In this document: positions 54,728 through 64,000 of the stretch, in pieces
How positions within the stretch are numbered: position 1 is the first letter of the stretch
Layout of the letters: every line of letters starts with the position of its first letter
From: Octopus vulgaris
Taxonomy: Eukaryota
NCBI GenBank assembly: GCA_951406725.2
Contig: OX597830.1
Location: 29,450,001-29,514,000, forward strand
Reading direction: 5' to 3'
DNA length: 64,000 bases
Made by a program: the position numbers and the translations under genes
Notes under the pieces: model-generated
The model's database searches: none
What the model was told of the DNA's origin: nothing
What the model saw: the letters and a program-made list of their open reading frames with translations, nothing else

Positions 54728-56149
54728 GGTATATATATATATATGCGTGGGGGTGGGGATGTATATATGCGCGTGTGTGTGTGTATGTGTGTGTGAGTAT
54801 GTGTGTGTGTGTGTGTGTGCTCCTCAATCTTATGAGTTAGCACGATTGTTTTTATAATTATGATTATCTTTCCAATTTAGAGAAAACGTATGAAATTCAG
54901 TTCGTTGTCTATAAAACGACACAAACACACGCAAAAGTGAAAGCATGAAGTCAAGACATATGGTGGTGTTTTGAGTGCGTATGTGTGTGTGTCTAGTGCT
55001 TACATGCATACATGTATACATCAATACACGTACATACATAAGCATATACACATACACATATATGTACATACCCAAACACACGCACGTAAATGTATATACG
55101 TTTATGGAAATTAACAAAAAAATACGCTTGTCAATATAATAATCAAAGAAATAAAATCATATGAAAAAGAACAGATGGAAGATAATAAAAAAAAGAAACA
55201 TCGAATAAATAAAAATATAAATAACAACATCAACAATGCCGTAAAGTAAATACAATATTTTCCAATTGAAGACATTGAGAAATCCTATAATAAAATCTGA
55301 AAACGGTGAAGAGTAAATAAATACATACATTATCGTTAGTGCAATCGTCAACTTCTGTTTAAATAAATATTTAACTAAGAAATGCTTTTAGTCGCGTCAA
55401 GAAGATGAATAATCATGGGGAAAATATTATTGTTTGTACTAAGTAAAGCTTCTATCGATCTATTAGTAACAATCTACACTATAAATTAGACATCTTACTT
55501 AGCCTAGATGTTATTCAAATAGCAGCAATAAATTGTAAGTTTAATTCCAACGTGGAGAGACGTTCATAAATTCTACCTAAAATGGTGGACTGGCTAATGT
55601 GTTATCGAATATATAACATGATTAAAACAGTCGAGTTGTAATTGCTGAATGATATTGACGTTCTCTCATATCTCTTGTTAACAGCTGAACATTTTCTTTG
55701 TATATATGGTGGACGTGCCTTTTAATTTCTATTTATATTTCGCCAATGAGAGAAGACACATTTATTTAAAAGTGAATTATTTCAAGCAGATTGACCACTG
55801 TGATATGTGTATAGGCAAGGAATTTTACTCCGAATGAGCCACTCTGTCTAGGTCTAGGCAATGATAATGTGATTGATACCTTTCTAATAGTAGTATGTAA
55901 ATCACATACAACATTCAAAATTTACTTTTTATGTTGCCATGAAACAAAATGCAATTTGCTTTGGCTGTAACATTTCATCACTTACTATAAAACGCAGTAT
56001 GCATGGATTTTATAAGGGCGCTGAAATTTATGAGTGTAATTATAATGGCACTGTGAGATTCTCTACGCCCCTCTTGTAAGTTCTTGTACTTGCTCTGCAA
56101 TCTAGTTTTCTCTGTCGTTACTCTTTACTCAATCTTACAAGTCTACTCT

Positions 56150-58300
56150 AATCGAGGTCTGCGTAGCCGACTGTTTTAATTGTTGTCAGTGTTACCTATA
56201 TTTTAAGCGAATACCATATCTTGATACGATCTGGATTGTCCAATGCATTTAACCCTGTCCATATTGGCACATGCTAGAAATCAAGTCGGAGTCTATCGAG
56301 GTTTTGCTTCCACCCAACCACAGATATTCTACTGACCTTTCCCGCGCAGGCAAAGCGTGCATTGAAGATAATATTCCAGCTTTCAGCGAGCACCAAGGAG
56401 AATTATGTTCCCAAGAAATACTAAAAGCCTTAAGTAATCTGATTTTCCAATATCTGTTTGGAGTTAAACACATATTAAGCTGAGAGCAGATTTTCTGTTG
56501 GTGCAGTCGAGTACAACGTTCTGCATCCCTGAAGCTTTTCCGTATCGTAATATCTAAACCTTTCCGAAAATAGGTCTCTTATCCACTGGATATAGGCGCA
56601 AAATCTCGTGGATTGGAAGGTCTGGCCTCACTGATAGCAACCACCTCTATATCAAGGTACCTGAAGTCGTTGATCACGTTTCCCTGATTCAAAGACTAGT
56701 CAAGCCACTTCCCTTTCCTCTGTCTTGACTGAGCAAGATCTTGCTCTTCAGAAGGAAAGTGAAAACTTCTTACCTACATTAATTATTTAGGAGTCAAGAG
56801 CTCTTTTCCCCCTGCTAGATTTGCGTATCTCTACACGCAGTAATTTGTACAGTATCCTTTTATTCCCCATGAAGTATCCTCCTCCTTTGGGATATCTAGT
56901 TTTTAAGAACGATCTATGAATTTTGAGTAATTTGGACGATTTGGGTCTGTCGGTACGTTAATGATTCGTATGATGAAATTGTTTTCAGGAACGCATGCAT
57001 GCTCATGTTTGCTTTCTTAATTATTCGCTGTGTGTATTTATGGTAGTGTAGTTTCTAATGTTCTTTTGCGGACGGTCCTAAAGGATTAAGTGCGGGTTGC
57101 GTTTGGCTTGTATAGTGATTTTTGTTGGGTTTGTGGCAATGATGGTAAGGATGATGTCAGGAGTAATAAGTTCTGAGTGTTGTTGGAGATGGCGTTCGCT
57201 TTCCGTTGTTTGGCATTTGAAATTTGCAGTCATATTTTATTGACGTGTTTTTTTTTCTTTTCTCCGTTGTTATTGATTACTATCTGCCTTCTTCTCCATC
57301 TCCTTCATCACATGATAAGTCTGAATGATGCGTCTGAGAGGACCTTGTCTTCAGAATCATTGTGGTTTTGGTGTGTTTTGTCTTGAGCGGGGAGGCTTTC
57401 AGCTCCTGTTTTTTTTTTGTGAGAATGAATTGGTTGTTGATGACGCTCGTGTTTTCTTCTTTTTCATTCTATTGCTTACAATGTTCATTGTATTTGCTTC
57501 TGCTCTTGTTGCTGCTGGTTTTCGTGTTGAATTTGCTGTTGTTGTTGCTGTTGCAGCTACATGCTTCTGTTCATTTGTGCTGCAAATTATTTTTACTGTT
57601 GTTGTTATTGTTATTGTTGTTGTTGTAATGTTGTCAGTGGAAGTGGTTGGGTGTTCCCTATCGCTTTTTCTTTCATTTTTGAGAATAGAAAGGCTTGAGA
57701 TGATTTGGCTCACCACACAAATCTTCGTTTTCTTCCCTCATTGATCACTAGAAAATGTGAATCGCCTCATAGATTAATCAGATCCGACTTTGCTTTCATA
57801 ATATATTCACTAGTTTGAACCAATAGCTCTGTCCTTTCGCCCAAGCAATTTTGTTTTTTCTGCAGCCTCTGGACACGCAGAACGACTGTTATCTAGCAAC
57901 TACATCCACCACCATAATTTTTAAATCTCTTCGGCCAAAGTACATTTACATGCAAGAGCAGTTCACCAGTCTTTAGGATAGTTAAGAAGTGCTTCACAGC
58001 CTGATGCCCTGTCGGAGATCTCGCATATATCGAGCCCCATTTATTCCCTGAGAGTTTACTACTACAGATGACATGAGGCACTTATCTGTTTGCTGCTGTT
58101 ATTTCTACGTATAAAATGATATATTTGTGATTATTTTTGCCGAATGGATTCTGATGCGTTGAATTGTATATTTCGGCCTAATTTCGGAAGGAGGTTTCTA
58201 GTATTTTATGAAATAATCTTTGATTGTCAGGACAGTTTCTTCCACCTTCCGTAAATATTTCACGAACCCGTTATCACCTTATATATAAACCTGCGTTTTG
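56150..58300 (-). mobile_element. Decayed L1/Tx1-like LINE: ORF1 zinc-knuckle region and start of ORF2 AP endonuclease
   Basis: Minus strand: VINEGRKRR..CGEPNHLK (CCHC knuckle relic, about 57690-57745), low-complexity ORF1 tail, then SGLTSL.QGNVINDFRYLDIEVVAISEAR (APE N-terminus, about 56620-56710) and LVLAESWNIIFNAR (GDWN motif, about 56355-56400). Confidence 0.65.
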
Positions 58301-58778
58301 CTGTTTCTTTAATATTGTTTTCGTTTCAAAGGTGGTGATGATGGTAGATTTGAAGTGGTTCACTTAGAATTTGAAAAGTTTTTTTTAAGGTGATAAATTA
58401 AATGTTCCTGAGTCTGCTCCTCATTTAAATTGTTGTTATCCCCCTTGTTCTCATATAAATTGTAGCTGTTGTTTCCATGTTCACTGATGTTGTTGTTTTC
58501 GTATTCAATGTTACTGATACAACAGAGATTAGTGGCGGAAAAAATAGCGGTATATTTTTGGTTTAACATGGCGAAAGTCGTGTAAACAGAGATCTTCTAG
58601 TTTGTAGCCCAACTTTTCTGGATTTCTCACGAATAACACTACGTCATACTTTATTTAGATTTGTGAAGGAATTGCTGTACTTCACTAAAATAAACGTAAC
58701 TTCCTACCCGAAGAGGTAAACTCTAAGCGAGCGGAGCTCTTTCTCGGTATCCTTCAATGTATGATGAACACTTTTGAA

Positions 58779-58944
58779 CAGGGCCGGCCCTAGGGTTGCT
58801 GGCACCCCGAGAAATCTGAATTTCGGCGTGTACAATCTGACGGTCATTCAAATTTCTTTGTCTCCGTCACGCTCTACTTGCCGCCCCGTATCTAATGACG
58901 CCCTGGGCAACTACCCGAGTAGCCGCTACCTTGAACCGGCCATG
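58779..58944. mobile_element. hAT-like MITE
   Basis: Ends CAGGGCCGGCCCTAGG and CCTTGAACCGGCCATG are imperfect inverted repeats of the CAGGGCCGG type. GC-rich 166 bp; no clear 8 bp TSD. Confidence 0.65.
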
Positions 58945-59211
58945 CTGTGTGTAAAGAATATTGTTTCCCAATAACATGGGGTTCCCAGTTCAGTCCCACA
59001 ACGTAGCAAGTGTTTTTTTTTTACAACAGTCATAGTGTCAATCAAAGCTTTGTGAATGGATTTGGTTGAAGGAAACTGAAAGAATTTCCTCATATACATA
59101 TTCGTGTATGTATGTGTTTGTGTTTGCGTGTAGGTTTACAAAGTCCAGCATGGATTCGCTCGATTAAAGGTGCTCCATCATGGCCGAGTCAAGTGACTGA
59201 AGCAAGTAAAA

Positions 59212-59275
<64 letters not shown>

Positions 59276-59480
59276 GTATTTATAATTGTACGCGGTCCAC
59301 TCCAACGCTACACAAGCTGGGTTGCTTTGCTACTTACTTAGCAGTTCGCGATAAAATAAAATATAAGTACCAGACATTAAAAAAAAAATCTGGGTTCCAT
59401 TCGTTCAACAAAAACCTTTCCAAATAGTGCTACAATATGGCCACAGTCCAATGAGTGAAACAATGAAAACGTAAAAGGAT
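58945..59480 (+). mobile_element. Diverged SINE family B copy plus a second 3' relic
   Basis: GCTGTGTGTAAAG..GTTCAGTCCCAC..GGATTTGGTTGAAGGAAACTGAAAGAA..GACTGAAGCAAGTAAAAGA (to about 59213); older tail at about 59330-59480. Confidence 0.65.
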
Positions 59481-60182
59481 GAAGGATCAATTCTTGAAAG
59501 AAGGTCAAAAACGGAACAAAACACTAAAGACTTGTTGCTCAAACTACAAACACCACCTCGACAATCAGCGCCGCTGCCACCACCACCACCACCACCAACA
59601 GCAACAACAACACCATTACAACAACAACAAAATAATTTGATTATATTCCCAATTATATCTACGAACTAGAAACGAATATAATAGTACATTGAGACTCGAT
59701 ATATCGGCAATGAATTATGATTTGCGCAATTTTCCGGCGTTTTTTACATACATCAAAATTTCTTTCGCGAAAGAAAAAAATATATATGTTAATGGATGAA
59801 GACCAGTACTTCATCACCATTGCTTGCGTCTATATATTATTATATAAGCTTCATACACCAATGCAAATATATCAATCATTAGATTACAACATGCCAAAGT
59901 CGACGGCATGTCGTAAAGGTTGTTTACAGAGAGAATTGGTTGCTTAATAATCAGATTTGTCAACTAGATTTCCAAATGTCTCTAATATTATGATTGGTAG
60001 GAAGCCACTGCAAATGCGATTGACGATAAAGTAAAACTTTTTAATTGGCTTGCTCACTCGTAGTCGTACAGTAACACGGTACGCGCTTTCGTGACCCATG
60101 ATAAACAGATATCGTCAACCTTATCTCGATGTGGTCGCCTATTGAGTCAGAATTTTCATATACAGGCATAGATACATTATCA

Positions 60183-60219
<37 letters not shown>

Positions 60220-60265
60220 GAATCGTACACAGATGTACACACAAACACTCATATATGTGTGTATG

Positions 60266-60313
<48 letters not shown>

Positions 60314-60342
60314 TATCCATATATACATATATATAAATATAC

Positions 60343-60385
<43 letters not shown>

Positions 60386-60565
60386 CATACATTCATAGAT
60401 ACACAGAGATATATATAAATATATATATGTGTATATTGTATACATATTATTTGTATAAATATATACATAAATACACATATATATATGCATATACATCTTT
60501 ATGTATTTCTACGTATATATTTATATAGGTATGTAAACGTATGAGCATATGTATCTATCTATCTA

Positions 60566-60623
<58 letters not shown>

Positions 60624-60682
60624 TATACACATATATATATACACACACACGTATATATAAACATACATATGTATATACATAC

Positions 60683-60756
<74 letters not shown>

Positions 60757-61334
60757 TTCGTATTGGTTTCTCATCAGTGTATAAGTGTCTATTTCTGTAT
60801 GTGTGTTTGTGAACACGTATATGTTTTATAAACTTTTACAAAAGTGTTAAATCATACGGCGTAATGTTAGTAGCGTGGGAAAAGCTCCATTATCTTCTAA
60901 ATCTGGTCTCTGACATCATAAAACAAGATAGGAAGTGACAAAATCAGAGGGTGCCAGAGATGTGGTAGAGAGAGAAGAAGAGAGAGAGAAGAGAGAGAGA
61001 GAGAGAGTGGGTAGAGAGAAGAGGCAGAAAGAACCTGTGCCCAAAACAAGACATAAACCAACAAATATACGGTCGTACTGAAAAACACAATGATACATAC
61101 GCATTCTCATATATGTATGTGTTTGCGTGAGTGTGTCTACGTGTGTGCGTATGGGTTTGTGCGTAGCCATATATACACATACATATAGATATATATGTTG
61201 GTGTATATATATATATATATACATACATACAAACACACACATACATATATATATATATGTATATATATATGTATATATATATATATATATGTATATGTAT
61301 AAGAGTGCAGAAAAATATTTGTCTATATATATAA

Positions 61335-61386
<52 letters not shown>

Positions 61387-61405
61387 TAAAGAGAAAAAGA
61401 CTTAA

Positions 61406-61483
<78 letters not shown>

Positions 61484-61563
61484 GTGTGTGTGTATGTATA
61501 TGTATGTGTGTGTGAGTGCGCGTGTAAGGGTGATAGCGAGAGAGAGAAAGAGTGTGTGTGTGT

Positions 61564-61603
<40 letters not shown>

Positions 61604-62151
61604 GGTATAGATAGATTGATAGTTTCGATATATTTATATGTTCTGGTGTGAGTGGTTCAACAATCATTAACGTGACGATGCAACCAAAGAAAATTGATGG
61701 CTTGTAAACAGAAACATTAGAATATTTATCGCCACTGCTTCTGTTCTTCTTTGGCCGTTTTATTGCGAAGTTTGCCGATTTATATGGTTGAAACATGGGT
61801 ATTTTAACAAAACCGATATTCAACACCTGCTAAATAGAGTTTCTGAAGCAAGTCTCCTTCAAAACAGATTTTTAATGGTCTACTAATAAAAAAAAAATAA
61901 TTGTGAAGATGTAAAGACAAGTGGAAGAAAAAAGAAACAACTAAAATCGAAGAGATTCTCATAAATAAAGATACAACGGATAGGTAGAAGTCCACAAAAT
62001 TTGCAGGGGATGGAGGGATAGATTAAACCTCATTACTTGAGTCGAACTTACTTATTTCTCTTATGTGGCTAGCGAATATTACAAAATAGTGATTCCTAAA
62101 ACACGTGTGTGTCTGTGTGTTTAGTTTTGTATATACATGTACCGCTACCCA

Positions 62152-62189
<38 letters not shown>

Positions 62190-62363
62190 CACAGATACAC
62201 ACAAGACGGGCTTCTTTTAGGTTTTGTCTGCGACATCGACTTATAACGGGTTAGCTGGCCCGTTATAACTAGAAGTCCATAGTAGTCACTTACTGAAGGT
62301 GTTGCATACTGTATATGTATATATATATATGTATGTATATATATGTGTATGTATGCATACATA

Positions 62364-63552
62364 CACTCAGACATGACAGAAGTGAATAGACACTCCATAA
62401 AACATCGTTTTATGTTTACTGTAAATTGAAAAGTTTCGTATATTTTATTAATCGACATTTTTCTGTTTCTAGTTTTCTGTGTGATTGTTTAATCATGCCA
62501 TGTACAAAAGAAGGCTTGCAACTGTCTTAATTTCCAAGAAGCCTATCGTGTGTTAATCTTAGTGTAAAATCAGAGAAAACCTTGGGATCCCACTTTCTAC
62601 ACTAAATAGAGTGATTGTTACCAGACATGTCAACCAGGACTCTCTGATAAAACTCTTAAGAGAAGTGTGGAAGATAATCCTCGTTACAAGGCCTCTGACA
62701 TAGCAGAAGTTGATTCAAGTCCCAGAACAGCTGTCAGGTATTTTCACAAACTTGTCTACTCTGCTCGAGCGGCAAGAAGGAAGCCATTTCTTCGACCAGC
62801 CATTAACAAGCGGAGAAAAGTTTGGGCCAAGGAGATGGTGGAGATGCCACTAGTATTTTGGGACTCTGTCATCTTCTCCGATGAGTCCATATTTGCTGTA
62901 TTTTCTGACAGTTGTCGAGTGTGGGTCTGGAGACACTGTGATCAAGAATTTCATGTGAAAAGATTGCAACCGACAATGAATCACAACGGCTATTCCGTGA
63001 CGGTCTGATGGCCAATTTGGAGCAATGCTCGATCAAAGCTAGTGAAGCGTTACAGAAACATAAACTCAGATAGACGTGCTCATATTGCAGAACGGACACT
63101 TTCCAATCTTTTCCAGTGGTGAAATGATTAAAGAAGACTATTTATGGAAGATAGGACTCCTTGTCACATTGTGAAAAAGATCCATAACAGGTCGGAATAG
63201 AATGGCATTAAAAAGACTCCATGCCCAAGCCGGTCACCAGATATGAACGCTATTGAACACTCTGGGGCATAATGAACAGGATACTTTGTGAAATGAACAT
63301 GAGGGCATTCTCAAATCCAGAACTTTTGAGATTACTGCATGAAACTTGGCAAGAAATTTCTCAAGGAAATATTCGTCATCTGATCAGCAGTGTGTCAAAT
63401 AGGGCCTTTGCATTGAAAAATGCAGAAGGACATGGCTGCAAAATATTAGATATTCACATTATAATAATTAATAAATAATTTCAATGTTTTCTTTCAGATT
63501 TAAATAAATTTTAACGACAAATGGATGACTATTTAGTTTTGTCATGTAGGTG
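62364..63552 (+). mobile_element. Tc1-family (DD34E) DNA transposon, TIR to TIR, transposase pseudogenised
   Basis: AARRKPFL, FWDSVIFSDES, VWVWR, LQPTMNH, FMEDRTPCH...SPDMNAIEH with 34 codons between the second D and the E. TA-CAC..ACATGACAGAAGTGAATAGACACTCCAT at the left end and its imperfect reverse complement at 63521-63552 followed by TA. Confidence 0.92.
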
Positions 63553-64000
63553 TATATATACATGTGTATGTGTGTGTGTTCGAAAGGAAAGTAGATGTAT
63601 AGGGTATCAGCGCACCATAACACCTTGATCATAGTTTTGGACTCTACTAGTAACTCCACAACAGCAATAGTACTTTTATATGTGATCACAGGGCAAGCTG
63701 TTAGTCCATTCCATCGATTCTTTTCGTGACTAGTATTCCACGTTATCGACTTCTGAATTATGAACAGTAATATCAACTCTTGGGTTAAAATTCAGAAAAT
63801 AAAGTACCGTACAGTATACTGTAAGGCCATTTTTTAAACTGCTTTGGTCACAAGATTATGTTGTCAGAAGGAAAGTGAATATCTATCTTCTGGGTTTCCC
63901 GAGTCTACATGGTGCGTCTTATGGCGTATGTCCATTTTCCACTTGAGTCTGTGCCTTTTGTTGCTAATCATTTCTGATATGCGTGAATCAGTGTCTATCT

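Overview
AT-rich, microsatellite-saturated, non-coding eukaryotic DNA (intergenic or deep intronic). The repeat families and simple-repeat density point to a coleoid cephalopod, most likely Octopus (inference from recognising the repeats, not from a search). I can support no intact host protein-coding gene; almost all listed ORFs are translations of simple repeats or TE debris. Supported content: (1) about 25 copies of three tRNA-headed SINE families, called A, B and C here, many with clear 12-17 bp target-site duplications (TSDs), including multimeric and chimeric forms; (2) decayed LINEs (three CR1/L2-like RT fragments and one L1/Tx1-like ORF1+APE relic); (3) two different Penelope-like GIY-YIG endonuclease fragments; (4) DNA transposons: a TIR-to-TIR Tc1 DD34E element, two internally deleted maT/DD37D-like copies, a mariner MITE and a hAT-like MITE. 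The most notable signal is a type I hammerhead ribozyme with an intact catalytic core (7193-7270) inside a ~400 bp element with ~86 bp inverted arms. There are also three more degraded hammerhead-like motifs and a Penelope fragment bracketed by ~100 bp inverted repeats. Together these suggest a Penelope-associated, ribozyme-carrying fold-back element system. Coordinates of decayed elements are approximate.
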